NCBI GenBank assembly: GCA_020696385.1
Contig: JAEHCQ010000005.1
Location: forward strand, 104,311-168,310
Direction: 5' to 3'
DNA from: Methanobacteriota archaeon
GTDB taxonomy: Archaea > Thermoplasmatota > Thermoplasmata > SG8-5 > JAGLSY01
Length of the DNA: 64,000 nucleotides
Shown here: piece by piece, positions 30,440-41,304 of the stretch
Position numbering within the stretch: position 1 is the first letter of the stretch
Layout: every line of letters begins with the position of its first letter
Program-made: the position numbers and the translations under genes
The notes under the pieces: generated by a model
The model's input: only the letters and a program-made list of their open reading frames with translations
What the model was told of the DNA's origin: nothing
The model's database searches: none

Positions 30440-31807
30440 ATGAACAAGGTGATAATCGTAGGGGCGGGAGACACTGGCCAAGCAGTCAAGCACAGGATTA
30501 AAAATTCGGTTCTTGTCGATGCGGATCCAGGCAAGGTCATCATGCTCAGCCGTGAACATCCGGACTGGAAGATCATCGGAGGAGATGCATCCGACCCCAA
30601 TGTGCTGAAGACCGCGGGATTAGAAAATACTGAATACCTTTTAATAACCACGAATAAGGATTATTTCGCCCAGAAAATAGCTATGACTGCGAAGAAGGTG
30701 AATGACGATATCAAGATGATCTCGGTACTTCATGACATAAAGAATTTCCATGATCTCCGGGAGGCTGGCATTGAACATCTGATCTCACCCATCAGCGAGA
30801 CCATTGACGCGATACTTGGTCAATTGATACCAGTGGGCGAGAATATCACCGAGATCGCCATCACACAACATTCCATCGCACTGGGCAAGACCATCATGGA
30901 TGTCGAGCTTCCGCAGGATACCATCATTGGAGCTGTATTGAGAGGTCATCATCTTATCAGGCCAGAGGCGAATACCATCCTCCAAAAGGGCGATGTGATA
31001 TCACTGGTCAGTCTGGGGCATCTGGAGGCCGATGTGGTAGATGCAATAAGTGGTGACCACAAGACAGTGGTGCCATTGGACAATTTCTTATGTCTTCTGA
31101 AAGACGAAAATGATCTGATGATACTGGATGAGGTTCTTCATCTGGCATCTCGAAGTGTGGCCAAATGCAGGTTCATTTTCCCGGAATCCCTTATCAGTTC
31201 CAGAGAATTGATAGAAAAGAAAGCGAAGGATCACGGAGTCGAGATCACTTGTGAATCCTATATGGGAAATATCCTGGAAAAATTCGCCAGCCAGGCACGA
31301 GAATTGGATGCAACCACTTCCAATCCCCTGATCATACTACCACAGAGAAAACTCAGTCTTCTTAAATATCATCTGCCAGCAAAATTCCTTGAGAACCTGA
31401 TAATAGAAATTCCATTCCCCTTCTATATTCCAAAATCCATGCAGTACAAGAAATTCGACCGCGTGCTTCATTTCATAACAGATCAGCATCATGATGGACT
31501 ATGTGCCAGTTGCGCTGTTGGGATGGCCAGGGTCAATGATGTGCCAATAAAATCCCTTGTCTTACACAATCCGGAGAACACCTATGCGGAAGAGATCCTC
31601 ATCCACACAAAGAGGATAGCCAAGGTGTATGGGATTGATGTCGTGGAAGAGGTCATTGAAGGCAATCCGACTTTGGAATTCATTCAAGATGTCCGAAGCA
31701 CTGCCAACCAGTTAGTGATAATCAACTGGGAGTGTTCGACTTTGAGGCGGGACATTATGAGAAAGATCATTAACGAGGCTAATGCCAGTGTGCTATTGAT
31801 GAAATAA
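30440..31807 (+). CDS. TrkA-N/TrkA-C (RCK) regulatory protein with C-terminal USP-like domains
   Basis: IVGAGDTG, IGGDASDPNVLKTAGL, RCK_C IGAVLRG..LIRP...LQKGD, USP-like EGNP...IINEANASVLLMK. Confidence 0.8.
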   Translation: MNKVIIVGAGDTGQAVKHRIKNSVLVDADPGKVIMLSREHPDWKIIGGDASDPNVLKTAGLENTEYLLITTNKDYFAQKIAMTAKKVNDDIKMISVLHDIKNFHDLREAGIEHLISPISETIDAILGQLIPVGENITEIAITQHSIALGKTIMDVELPQDTIIGAVLRGHHLIRPEANTILQKGDVISLVSLGHLEADVVDAISGDHKTVVPLDNFLCLLKDENDLMILDEVLHLASRSVAKCRFIFPESLISSRELIEKKAKDHGVEITCESYMGNILEKFASQARELDATTSNPLIILPQRKLSLLKYHLPAKFLENLIIEIPFPFYIPKSMQYKKFDRVLHFITDQHHDGLCASCAVGMARVNDVPIKSLVLHNPENTYAEEILIHTKRIAKVYGIDVVEEVIEGNPTLEFIQDVRSTANQLVIINWECSTLRRDIMRKIINEANASVLLMK

Positions 31808-31933
31808 GAAGATAAAATACCAACCCAGCCTTGCCAATTGCCAAAGCATACCTCATCGATATGGTATATCTCGACATAATTTCAACAGATAGAAACTTTT
31901 TATAGCCCATTGACATATATATGTTCGATAATC

Positions 31934-32593
31934 ATGACATCATCCTATCTTGATGACGACGACCGGGTATTTTACGGTGGAGAGAAATCGAGCGAATCCT
32001 CGAATACAGAGGCAAAACAGCCAGCATCTAGTTCAAACACAGGATCGAGCTCAAGCTCGGAACAAAAACAGGAACCTGTAAAGACTGGCCCGACCGAGAA
32101 GGAACTGGAGAAGCAGATCCAGGATACCAGATTGGATAAGAGAAAAGCAGAGAGTGTTCATGACATCACGATTTTAAGACAGAGGGGCGCGGAGCAGAGC
32201 CAACAGGCTGCCAAGTATTACAAGAAATACAGAGTTGAAGAGGCTGCCCAGGTCAAGCACGAACAGATGGTCTTCAGGAACCGCAGGAAATCCGAAAAAT
32301 ACCTTGAGAAGGTCAAGGATGTGGAGGTCAAGATCGCGGATAAGGAAGCAGCCACTGCATATCTTGAGGGAAATAAGAAAGAGAGAGCGCACATCAAGGT
32401 TGCCAAGCTCAGAGGGAAGATCGCCAAGCTGAAGGCCAAGAGCAGTAATGCGGAGGCGGTTTCGGCCAAGCACAGGCAGAAAGCTGTTGCCAGGCAGAGA
32501 AAGGCAACAGAACTTCTGGAAAAGAGCAAGATCCACGAGGCAGAGGCAAAATCCTACTGCAATCGCGCGGACAAATTGGAGAAGATCAGCTAA
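31934..32593 (+). CDS. Basic coiled-coil hypothetical protein
   Basis: Ser-rich disordered N-terminus followed by a long Lys/Ala/Glu-rich helical region. Confidence 0.65.
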   Translation: MTSSYLDDDDRVFYGGEKSSESSNTEAKQPASSSNTGSSSSSEQKQEPVKTGPTEKELEKQIQDTRLDKRKAESVHDITILRQRGAEQSQQAAKYYKKYRVEEAAQVKHEQMVFRNRRKSEKYLEKVKDVEVKIADKEAATAYLEGNKKERAHIKVAKLRGKIAKLKAKSSNAEAVSAKHRQKAVARQRKATELLEKSKIHEAEAKSYCNRADKLEKIS

Positions 32594-32681
32594 AATTCAT
32601 TCTTGGCAGATAACTGGCCGAACCAATTACGGCCAGGTATTTCACTCTTTAATTTTAATTATATTAATAACTAGCATAGAC

Positions 32682-35354
32682 TTATTTCTTATTTTTCTTG
32701 CCTTTCTTTTTAGCCTTGCCTTTCTTCTTGACCTTGCCCTTATCTTTCTTCTTGGCCTCATCCAGCTTATCTTTTTCCTTGGAATAGTATCTGGCTTCCA
32801 AGGTTTCCTTTATTCCCTGGGCGATGCCTTTTCCAATTCCTTTCACTTCCTGAAGTTCCGCTGTCTCGGCATCCATGATCGCCTGAGCGCTTCCAAAGTG
32901 CGATAGTAGTCGCTGGGCGAGGACTGCTGAGATATTGGGCAGTCCTTCAATTATAAACTGCTGGCGTTCCTGAAGCAGCATGGTTCCCTTGTCGGATCTT
33001 AGGGCGGGTATCCTGCCTTCAGCATGCTCCCGCTTGGCTATCGTACCAACAAGTTCCGCTGTTTCAGCCGCATCCTTGACCGTCATGATCGACACCCCGA
33101 AATCCACAGCGATGGAGGCAATGGCTCCCATTATCGCCGGCTTGCCCAACCCGCTTCTGGAATAGAGGTTCTCACCCTCGATTATCATCAATGGGCTGGG
33201 GAAGGTGCGCTTGAGTGCGCGTATCTGCGTGAATAAACGTCCATCTTTCATGGAGTGTATGAGATCATCCACTTCCTTTCGCTCGATGCCAACGCGATCC
33301 GAAACAATATAATCTCCGACATCCAGTGTCTTGGAATCTACTATGAAACCAGCCATGGAAAGCTGGCGAACAACTGATGAATTGAATTCTCTTGTATCGA
33401 CGATGATCCTGACCAGATCATCGTCGCCAGAAGGCTCGTAAATGTCAATGGAAGTTGGTCTTTCCTCCTCCACAACTTGCTCGATAGCGGGAGTGACCAG
33501 TTCTTCGTCGGAAGCAGGGATACCCGAGGCCTTCTTCACGGCCTCGGTCTTGCTCTTTTTCTCGATCTTGGGCTCACTTATGGCCTTGATTATGGGTTCG
33601 ATCTTTAGCTCAGCCTTTTCATCTGGCTGGCCCTCAGCTTTTACCACTGGCTGAGCTTCGGGTGTGGATTTGGCTTTGGTCTTGCCAGCTCCCTCAAAGT
33701 CCATAAGCGACCTTTGAGGTTTGCCCGCGCCATTGCCAGCATCTTCATACATGGCCGCATGCTCATCGCGGCCATTCATGCTGACACTACCCGAGCCAAA
33801 TGTCTCGAAATTGCCCATACGAGATTCGCCCACCCACAGCACATCCTTCAAGTCCCTTCGGAGCTTGTCCAGCTCCTTCTGCATTCGAGCTTCCTTGTGC
33901 CTGCTGGACCAATAATAGGATTCGTCCCTCGTTCCCTTGTAGATCAAAATGAATACCTTGCCAGAGCTTTGCCTGCCAGTTCTTCCACGTCGCTGGATGG
34001 TCCGGATCTCGGAAGGTACTGGCTCATAGAAAATTACCAGGTCAGTAGCTGGTATATCGAGCCCCTCCTCGGCGACAGACGTTGCCACCAGGACGTTTAT
34101 CTCACCACCCTTGAACCGGTCGATGAGCTCCACCTGCTTTTTCTGATTCAATCCTTTATCACTGCCCTTACTGGCCTGACCGACGAACCTGGCTGGTTTG
34201 ATGCCATCCAGTTTCTCCAGCATCTCAACAACTTGCTCCGATGTCTCACGATAATGAGTGAAGACGATCACCTTGGAGTGTTTGTGAGCTCTAAGCTGCT
34301 GCTGGACGATATCAGATACCATTTTCAGCTTGGGATTGGCCATCTTATCCAGCTCGATCACCTTGGACTCGTGCATGGCCAGCTGGAATTTCGGGAGGGC
34401 GATGGTGGTCTTCGAGGCCTTAGACGAACCCTTGGAACTGGCTTCGGTCGTCAGCTTCTCAAAATACGACCTCAATGCTCCAAGACCCTGAGTTTCAGCC
34501 ATCTCCTGGGCGTGATTCAATTTCATAATAACGGCCACCACACTGGATGCCTCGAACATGGAGGGATCCTCAGATCCACTGCCGATGGCGGCTCTGATCT
34601 CCCGATTGGCGGCGAGAAGGTCCTTGGTGGACGCATACTTGCTGCCCTTCATGTAACCAAGTTTTTGAAGTTCGGCCAGTTGTTCTTTTTTTGCTTCTTT
34701 TAGGAAGTCAAGTATCTTCTTCATCTCCTTTGGAACTTTAACTTCTTTCCAGAATATCTTCACGTCATGAACGTACTTCACAACATCTGGATCATAATCA
34801 TGGCGTATCTCCACACCCTTGATCCTCAGATTGTCGCAAACCTCCATGATCTTCTCCTTATCATGACCAGGAGAAGCAGTCATTCCAAGAACATGCCCGC
34901 CCTTAACGCGGGCATATTTCTCCGCAATAAAGACATAGGCATAATCACCTGTGGCTCGATGCGCTTCATCAAAAACGATGAGAGAAATATCATTGAGATC
35001 TATCTGGCCGGATATCAGGTCATTGGAGACCACCTGGGGAGTTGCACATATTATCTGGCTACTGCCCCATATTGCCTTTCTCTTGGCCGGCGGCATCTCG
35101 CCCGTCAGCACGATCGGCTTATCAGATACGAGGAATTTCTTGACAGAGCTGGCATGCTGTTCCACCAGGGGTTTCGTGGGAGCTAGAAAAAGAATATTAC
35201 CCTTCTTGGTCCTGAGAGTTTCGGCCATCAGCATCAGGGCGATGACCGTTTTCCCTATGCCAGTGGGAAGTACCACCAGTGTCGAACGTTGGATCGCGGA
35301 GGCTGATATCACCTCCTGGTAGAGCCTGCGCTCGATGGTATCTATGTTGATCAT
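32682..35354 (-). CDS. hef: Hef helicase-nuclease (FANCM-like SF2 helicase plus ERCC4/XPF nuclease plus HhH)
   Basis: RLYQ, PTGIGKT, DEAH, TASPG, ATSVAEEGLD, QRRGRTGR; nuclease VDTRE, GDY, ERK; two HhH motifs. Confidence 0.95.
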   Translation of the reverse strand: MINIDTIERRLYQEVISASAIQRSTLVVLPTGIGKTVIALMLMAETLRTKKGNILFLAPTKPLVEQHASSVKKFLVSDKPIVLTGEMPPAKRKAIWGSSQIICATPQVVSNDLISGQIDLNDISLIVFDEAHRATGDYAYVFIAEKYARVKGGHVLGMTASPGHDKEKIMEVCDNLRIKGVEIRHDYDPDVVKYVHDVKIFWKEVKVPKEMKKILDFLKEAKKEQLAELQKLGYMKGSKYASTKDLLAANREIRAAIGSGSEDPSMFEASSVVAVIMKLNHAQEMAETQGLGALRSYFEKLTTEASSKGSSKASKTTIALPKFQLAMHESKVIELDKMANPKLKMVSDIVQQQLRAHKHSKVIVFTHYRETSEQVVEMLEKLDGIKPARFVGQASKGSDKGLNQKKQVELIDRFKGGEINVLVATSVAEEGLDIPATDLVIFYEPVPSEIRTIQRRGRTGRQSSGKVFILIYKGTRDESYYWSSRHKEARMQKELDKLRRDLKDVLWVGESRMGNFETFGSGSVSMNGRDEHAAMYEDAGNGAGKPQRSLMDFEGAGKTKAKSTPEAQPVVKAEGQPDEKAELKIEPIIKAISEPKIEKKSKTEAVKKASGIPASDEELVTPAIEQVVEEERPTSIDIYEPSGDDDLVRIIVDTREFNSSVVRQLSMAGFIVDSKTLDVGDYIVSDRVGIERKEVDDLIHSMKDGRLFTQIRALKRTFPSPLMIIEGENLYSRSGLGKPAIMGAIASIAVDFGVSIMTVKDAAETAELVGTIAKREHAEGRIPALRSDKGTMLLQERQQFIIEGLPNISAVLAQRLLSHFGSAQAIMDAETAELQEVKGIGKGIAQGIKETLEARYYSKEKDKLDEAKKKDKGKVKKKGKAKKKGKKNKK

Positions 35355-35497
35355 CTGATGTTTGACGTACACGAATGTAAATCTGCCTGGACATATATAA
35401 AGCATATAGGGGGGTGGGCGAAGGTATTAATTGTTCAACACAAACCATAAATCAGTGGTTTACTTTGTAAGGGTCAATTTGAGGAAGGGTGATAAAC

Positions 35498-37261
35498 ATG
35501 ATCAAAAAAATTATTTCTATTTCTATGGCGTGTATGCTGGCTACCGCGATCTTCGCAGTGCTGGCCAGTGAGAATGTTGCTGCAGAAGGCTATATTGAAG
35601 AAAGGCTGAATTCTTATCTGTATGATGCAGATCTACCAAACATTCACGATGGTAAATTGGTTGTTCGCGAGGATAGTGATATTTATATGTATAATCTGGA
35701 AACTGGTGAAAGAACTGCAATTTGCACGAATTCAGCAGGTGATCAATATGCACCGGACATATGGGGAGATATAATTGTCTGGCGTGACAGCAGAAATGTT
35801 GACACGGATATCTATGCTTACAGTCTGGTAAATAACACAGAGTGGCAGATCACTTCAGGAGGCGGAGATGAGGTATCTCCTGCAATTTATGAGAATATCA
35901 TCGTATGGTCAGATGGTAATATCCAAATGCATGACATCACTACTGGTCAGACAATGCCAGTATACTCTAATCCTTTCACACAAGCGCATCCAGATATTCA
36001 TGAAAACATAATAGTATGGGATGATTCCAGGAACGGCAATTTGGACATATATATGTATGACCTGGCCACATCGACCGAAACAAGGGTCACCAACCATGCA
36101 GCAATCCAACAAAAACCATCGGTCTACGACAATTATATTGTATGGGACGATGCGAGATCAGGTGGCTATGCAGTTTGGGCTTATGATATCGCCTCATCTA
36201 CCGAGTTTGAAATATCAGGTACGTTTGGCGGTTCACATCCTCAAATTTATGATAATAATGTAGTATGGGAATTCTCGTTTAACAATATTTGGTATATTCA
36301 ACAATGCGATTTGGATATTGGGGGCATAAATGATATACAATATAGCCCAAGTGTTGCTTCCTATCCAGTTATCAGTGAGAATTGGATAGCATGGGATAAT
36401 GACGGTGGCGGGATACACGGAATTTATCTCGATCATGACCTGGATGGCATTCCTGACTCGCAGGACGCTTTCCCTAACACTTCCACTGAATATCTGGATA
36501 CCGACGGTGATGGCATCGGAGACAATCTCGATACCGATGCAGATGGCGATGGCTGGCTAGACGATGTAGAGATACTAGCCGGAAGCGGCCAACTCAATGG
36601 AACATCGGTGCCTCTTGACACTGATGGTGATGGGCAGCCAGATATCTATGATCTGGATGATGATAATGATACATACGAGGATGAAATAGATGACTTTCCA
36701 AAGAATTCCACAGAATACCAGGATACTGATAATGACGGTATTGGAGATGTGGCGGACCTGGATGATGACAATGACGGTATAGAGGATGTGAATGACACCT
36801 ATCCTTTAAGCAAAATAAATGATCTGGAGGATGCCGTGGCCGTTCTCGATGATCGACTGGTATTCCTTGGAGATCACCAAGGGGATCTGGCCACAAAACT
36901 CGACACTGTGAACATGACCCTTGAGGAACTGGATGCTCTGGTGGCAATACTGGCAGATCTCGATGCCCTGAATCTCACCCTCGAGGAATTAGATGCTCTT
37001 GAGACAATACTGGCAGGCCAGAGTGGACTTGAGCAGGGAATATCGGACCTTGAAGATGATAATGAAGTATCGGAAGGAAATGATTACACACAATTGGCTC
37101 TCCAAGCCACCATTATCGTCATGCTGGCACTTGTATTGATCACGAACCTTATGAAGGGCAAGAAGACAGCAGATCAAAGACCACCTAAGGAAGAATTGGA
37201 TGATCCGGAAACTGAAGCAGAAACAGATAGCGAGCCAGATGATGAAATGATAGAGGGTTAA
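35498..37261 (+). CDS. Cell-surface protein: TolB-like beta-propeller repeats, thrombospondin type-3-like Ca-binding repeats, C-terminal TM
   Basis: Signal peptide; repeated QxxPxIxxxxIVWxDxRxxxxDIYxYxL; DxDxDG/DAFP repeats; TM and acidic tail. Confidence 0.85.
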   Translation: MIKKIISISMACMLATAIFAVLASENVAAEGYIEERLNSYLYDADLPNIHDGKLVVREDSDIYMYNLETGERTAICTNSAGDQYAPDIWGDIIVWRDSRNVDTDIYAYSLVNNTEWQITSGGGDEVSPAIYENIIVWSDGNIQMHDITTGQTMPVYSNPFTQAHPDIHENIIVWDDSRNGNLDIYMYDLATSTETRVTNHAAIQQKPSVYDNYIVWDDARSGGYAVWAYDIASSTEFEISGTFGGSHPQIYDNNVVWEFSFNNIWYIQQCDLDIGGINDIQYSPSVASYPVISENWIAWDNDGGGIHGIYLDHDLDGIPDSQDAFPNTSTEYLDTDGDGIGDNLDTDADGDGWLDDVEILAGSGQLNGTSVPLDTDGDGQPDIYDLDDDNDTYEDEIDDFPKNSTEYQDTDNDGIGDVADLDDDNDGIEDVNDTYPLSKINDLEDAVAVLDDRLVFLGDHQGDLATKLDTVNMTLEELDALVAILADLDALNLTLEELDALETILAGQSGLEQGISDLEDDNEVSEGNDYTQLALQATIIVMLALVLITNLMKGKKTADQRPPKEELDDPETEAETDSEPDDEMIEG

Positions 37262-37309
37262 GACAGACACAATAATTGCTTGCTCACTTTATCGATAAGA
37301 GAACGATAA

Positions 37310-38344
37310 TCAAATGGCCAAGAACGACAGGTCACTTATGGCCATAAAAATTCCGATCAAGATCACCATGGTGTAGAACAGGAAGGCGAATAAACCCGCC
37401 TGGCTATGCAGATCCGACAGTTTTCTTTTCAGAAATCCTAATATGAACACGATGCCGAACATTATCATCATTACCAGGGACAGAAGTCCGTGGAGGGAAT
37501 AGAAGATATCTCCACGATTTAGCCATGTGGCGTATGTCCAGTAAGCGAATGTGATGATCAATACGATCGCGAAGATAATGGATAACGCTTTGTGAAATTG
37601 CCAATTTATGAAGTCCGGAAGTTCATGCCATGTCTCGCTATTGCCTTCGATCTTATAGCCAGATATCACCATCAATCCACATAGTATGTATCCGAAAGAA
37701 AGCAAATACGCGTGGACGGTCCATTCACCCAGAGGAGTGATACGAGCATCATCACTCCACCCGCGGCTCTCCCAATAACCTTCATAGTCATAGCCAACTA
37801 CCTCAATTTCGGTTATCCATTTCACCCATTTGTAACCATAATGACCAGGCACGACGATCTTGAGAGGGAACCCCTGATCATGGGGTAATGGCTCCCCATT
37901 CATTTCGTAGCAGAGAAGCACATTCTCCGCCCTGGCTTCTGTCATATTCAGGGAGGATGAATAACCATCCGCGGCCCAAAATATCACATCCTGGGCATTT
38001 CTATTTGCTCCGGCCATATCAAGGATATAGCTTAATGGGACGCCTTTCCAGACCGCGCGATCAGATGGGCCAGACACACACTTCAATGTGGCATCCAGTG
38101 AAACACTGGGCAGTGACGTTATATTATCATATTCAAGCTCAAGAGGATCGCTCACCAGACCATCTATCTTGAGCCTGTAATTATCCATATTGAAGACGGG
38201 AGTACTTCCTATCTGCATGATGAAAAATTCATCATTGGATGTTATCTTATTATTCTCCACTGTGACAGAATATACTGAGACTAGAGGGATGGATAATATC
38301 AAGAGCACCCCGATCAGAAATATGATCGACCTGTTCAACTGCAT
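37310..38344 (-). CDS. Sulfite-oxidase-family molybdopterin oxidoreductase fused to a 4-TM His-containing (cytochrome b-like) domain
   Basis: LKCVSG (Mo-ligand Cys), AVWKGVPL, MNGEPLPHDQGFPL..VPGHYGYKWVKW, GYWESRGW; four C-terminal TMs each with a His. Confidence 0.85.
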   Translation of the reverse strand: MQLNRSIIFLIGVLLILSIPLVSVYSVTVENNKITSNDEFFIMQIGSTPVFNMDNYRLKIDGLVSDPLELEYDNITSLPSVSLDATLKCVSGPSDRAVWKGVPLSYILDMAGANRNAQDVIFWAADGYSSSLNMTEARAENVLLCYEMNGEPLPHDQGFPLKIVVPGHYGYKWVKWITEIEVVGYDYEGYWESRGWSDDARITPLGEWTVHAYLLSFGYILCGLMVISGYKIEGNSETWHELPDFINWQFHKALSIIFAIVLIITFAYWTYATWLNRGDIFYSLHGLLSLVMMIMFGIVFILGFLKRKLSDLHSQAGLFAFLFYTMVILIGIFMAISDLSFLAI

Positions 38345-38446
38345 TATTCATCTATACGAGTATACGATATTAAGTAATTATAACCTGAATTATACCATGA
38401 TTTGATAAGATTAGTATTAAATCCTTGTTCACTTACCCCTACAGAT

Positions 38447-40411
38447 ATGGAATTTCACGGGCTAACCCTGGATAAGTTCCAGATGGAGGCATGCGATCAC
38501 ATCTCAAAAGGAGAGTCCGTGGTCGTTTCCGCATCTACTGGAACTGGCAAAACCCTCATTGCAGAGTATGCCATCGAGTTTTACACGAACTGGGGTCAGC
38601 GTTCGATCTATACTTCCCCGATCAAGGCATTGTCCAATCAGAAGTACAAGGATTTCGTGGAGCAGTTCGGCTCAGATAAAGTAGGAATACTGACCGGAGA
38701 TGTTTCCATAAACCCCTTCGCCCAGATATTGGTCATGACCACCGAAGTTTATCGTAACATGGCCATAACCGACCCAGATAGTATTCTTGATGTCGGCATT
38801 CTCATCATGGATGAAGTGCATTTCATGAACGACCCTGAGCGTGGGACCGTGTGGGAGGAATCCATCATATTTTCGCCGGATAATGTTCGCTTCCTGGCCC
38901 TCTCGGCCACCATTCCGAATGCGCATGAGTTCGCGGACTGGATAGCGAAGATCCACAAGCACAGGGTGCAGGTGATCCAGCATTTGAAAAGGGCTGTCCC
39001 CCTCCACCATAATTTCTACTTCGGAAGCGGGCAGATGGTGCAGAGAGAGAAGCTGAAGGAACAGGCCAATTTCATGGAGGATAAGAAATACCAGTCAAAA
39101 GCCCAATCAAAAAGACATCGTGGGAGAGGCGGAAAAAATAGTGGAGGCAAACCGAAAAGACCAAAGGGAAGCCAACCGCCTGGACATCTGGAACTTGTTA
39201 AGTTCATGAGAAAGAATGAGAATCTGCCTTGTTTATTCTTCAGCTTTTCACGAAAGAAGTGTGAGACCCAGGCGATCGAGACAGCATTCAACATGAACTT
39301 CTATGAAGAAACCCCTGAAGAGATATTCGATATAATCGACAAACATCTTTCAGATCCAGAGATCGAGGACATGGACTCGATCAAGAGCCTGAAACAGTCC
39401 CTGATGAAAGGAGTTGCCTTTCATCACGCTGGCATGCTACCCGCGGGAAAGCAGGCTGTTGAGGAAGCTTTCAGCCTCAATCTCGTGAAGGTCCTGTATG
39501 CGACAGAAACCTTCGCGGTCGGTATAAATTATCCAGCCAGAACAGTCGCCTTCGATGGATTGCGAAAGTATGATGGCACGCATTTCAGATATGTGGATTC
39601 CAAAGAATACTTCCAGATGGCTGGCAGGGCTGGCCGAAGGGGTATGGATGAAAGTGGGACAGTGATCACCATCGTGGACAAGTGGAGCGATGATATGAAT
39701 GATATCGCCAGGCTGACCAAGGAGGATAAGATTCCGATATTCTCCCAATTCAAATTATCTTATAATACTGTGCTTAATCTGATTGACAAGCATTCGAAGA
39801 ATGAGATCAAGCAGATATTGGAGCGCAGTTTCGAATCATACAGGAAGCAAAGGGCCGGGATCAGGGTCAATGTCTGGACATCCTGGTACAATCGTGTCAG
39901 AACACTTGAGAAACTCGGATTCGTCGATGGCATAAACCTGACACAAAAAGGTCGATTCGGAACCCGTATTTACACTGAAGAACTGGTAACCACCGAGGTA
40001 TTCCATGACGAGAAATGGAAAAGATGGGATGACATTGATATCGCCTGCATGGCGGCTGCCATAACCTATGAGATCAGACATCGCAGAGGTGGCAGAAGAC
40101 CCGAAAAAGGAAATCGGTTCTACCGCCTGACGAGCAGTATCTCGGATAATAACTACCTGATGCGCAACCTGAGCCTCAATGGACTGGCAATGCGAATTCC
40201 CATCATCGAATATTGGGCGCATGGCTGGACCTTCCAGGAATTGGTGGAAGAATTCGAAATGGCCGAGGGCGATCTTATTCGGATATTCAGGCAGACCATC
40301 GATGTGCTGGAGCAGGTGAAAAGAGCAACAGATCATCATGAACTGAAGGATAAGATATCCGAGGCGGTGACCATGCTGGATAAAGAAGTTGTCAGTGTTA
40401 CTTTTGAGTGA
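38447..40411 (+). CDS. Ski2/HelY-family DEVH RNA helicase
   Basis: LDKFQ, ASTGTGKT, SPIKALSNQK, DEVH, LSATIPN, FHHAGMLP, QMAGRAGRRG, DSHCT-like EGDLIRIFRQ. Confidence 0.92.
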   Translation: MEFHGLTLDKFQMEACDHISKGESVVVSASTGTGKTLIAEYAIEFYTNWGQRSIYTSPIKALSNQKYKDFVEQFGSDKVGILTGDVSINPFAQILVMTTEVYRNMAITDPDSILDVGILIMDEVHFMNDPERGTVWEESIIFSPDNVRFLALSATIPNAHEFADWIAKIHKHRVQVIQHLKRAVPLHHNFYFGSGQMVQREKLKEQANFMEDKKYQSKAQSKRHRGRGGKNSGGKPKRPKGSQPPGHLELVKFMRKNENLPCLFFSFSRKKCETQAIETAFNMNFYEETPEEIFDIIDKHLSDPEIEDMDSIKSLKQSLMKGVAFHHAGMLPAGKQAVEEAFSLNLVKVLYATETFAVGINYPARTVAFDGLRKYDGTHFRYVDSKEYFQMAGRAGRRGMDESGTVITIVDKWSDDMNDIARLTKEDKIPIFSQFKLSYNTVLNLIDKHSKNEIKQILERSFESYRKQRAGIRVNVWTSWYNRVRTLEKLGFVDGINLTQKGRFGTRIYTEELVTTEVFHDEKWKRWDDIDIACMAAAITYEIRHRRGGRRPEKGNRFYRLTSSISDNNYLMRNLSLNGLAMRIPIIEYWAHGWTFQELVEEFEMAEGDLIRIFRQTIDVLEQVKRATDHHELKDKISEAVTMLDKEVVSVTFE

Positions 40412-40609
40412 TCTTATCTCGATCTGGCAGGAGCCTATTGATATCATATTATCCCAAAGCAGATATTACTTTCGCCCACCCTCAATTTTGATTTAAATAG
40501 CTTGCATCATTTCTGAAATTGTGTTGATGCAAGGTCAATACTATGGGAGAATAAATAAGTAATAAACCTTAAATAAGTGATAATACATAACCAATAATGG
40601 TGATAAGAT

Positions 40610-40837
40610 ATGGTCAATATGACGCTGGCGATTCCCGAAGATCTCCATGAGGTTATGAAACGTCACACAGAAATAAAATGGAGCGAAGTTGCCAGAAAGG
40701 CAATGTGGGAATATGCAAAAAAACTGGAAATGCTCGATAATATGGTCGCGGAAAGTAAGATGAAAGAAGAGGATATCGACGAGATAGATCATATTGTGAA
40801 AGCAGCCATTTTGAAACACTATCGGAAAAAGAAATAG
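40610..40837 (+). CDS. RHH/CopG-type antitoxin (VapB-like)
   Basis: MVNMTLAIPEDLHEVMKRHTEIKWSEVARKAM; abuts the PIN gene. Confidence 0.85.
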   Translation: MVNMTLAIPEDLHEVMKRHTEIKWSEVARKAMWEYAKKLEMLDNMVAESKMKEEDIDEIDHIVKAAILKHYRKKK

Positions 40838-41266
40838 ATGAAGCTGGTAATTGACACAAATATAATCATTTCCGCAATTTTGAGGGATTCGCTGACAAGG
40901 AAGATCCTCCTGTCACCTTATTTCGATCTTTATACTCCAGATCATGCTATGTCAGAGCTCAAGAAGCACTCAGACTTTCTTGCTAAAAAAACAGATCTGG
41001 ATAAAGAAACGATAGAGCAAATAATAGCATTGATCATGGATTCGATCATCATTATTCCATCTAGCACATTCGAGAAATACCTCCCGATTGCCATGGATGA
41101 GATGAAAGATATAGATGAAAATGATTCTCCATTCATTGCCCTGTCACTTTCCTTTTTAAATGATGGAATATGGAGCAATGACAGGCACCTCCAAAAGCAG
41201 AAGCTTGTTCGAGCATGGACAACCAGTGAAATGCTGATGGAATTACAGAATCCCCGAAAACCATAA
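40838..41266 (+). CDS. PIN-domain toxin (VapC-like)
   Basis: LVIDTNIIISA, DENDSPFIAL, IWSNDRHL acidic PIN residues. Confidence 0.9.
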   Translation: MKLVIDTNIIISAILRDSLTRKILLSPYFDLYTPDHAMSELKKHSDFLAKKTDLDKETIEQIIALIMDSIIIIPSSTFEKYLPIAMDEMKDIDENDSPFIALSLSFLNDGIWSNDRHLQKQKLVRAWTTSEMLMELQNPRKP

Positions 41267-41304
41267 TAGCAGGTTTGTGTTTATTGTTATTGAGAGGTTC
41301 ACAC

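Noticed and set aside
36911-37017. 60-nt tandem duplication (NMTLEELDALVAILA / NLTLEELDALETILA)
   Set aside because: Ordinary coiled-coil stalk expansion in a surface protein
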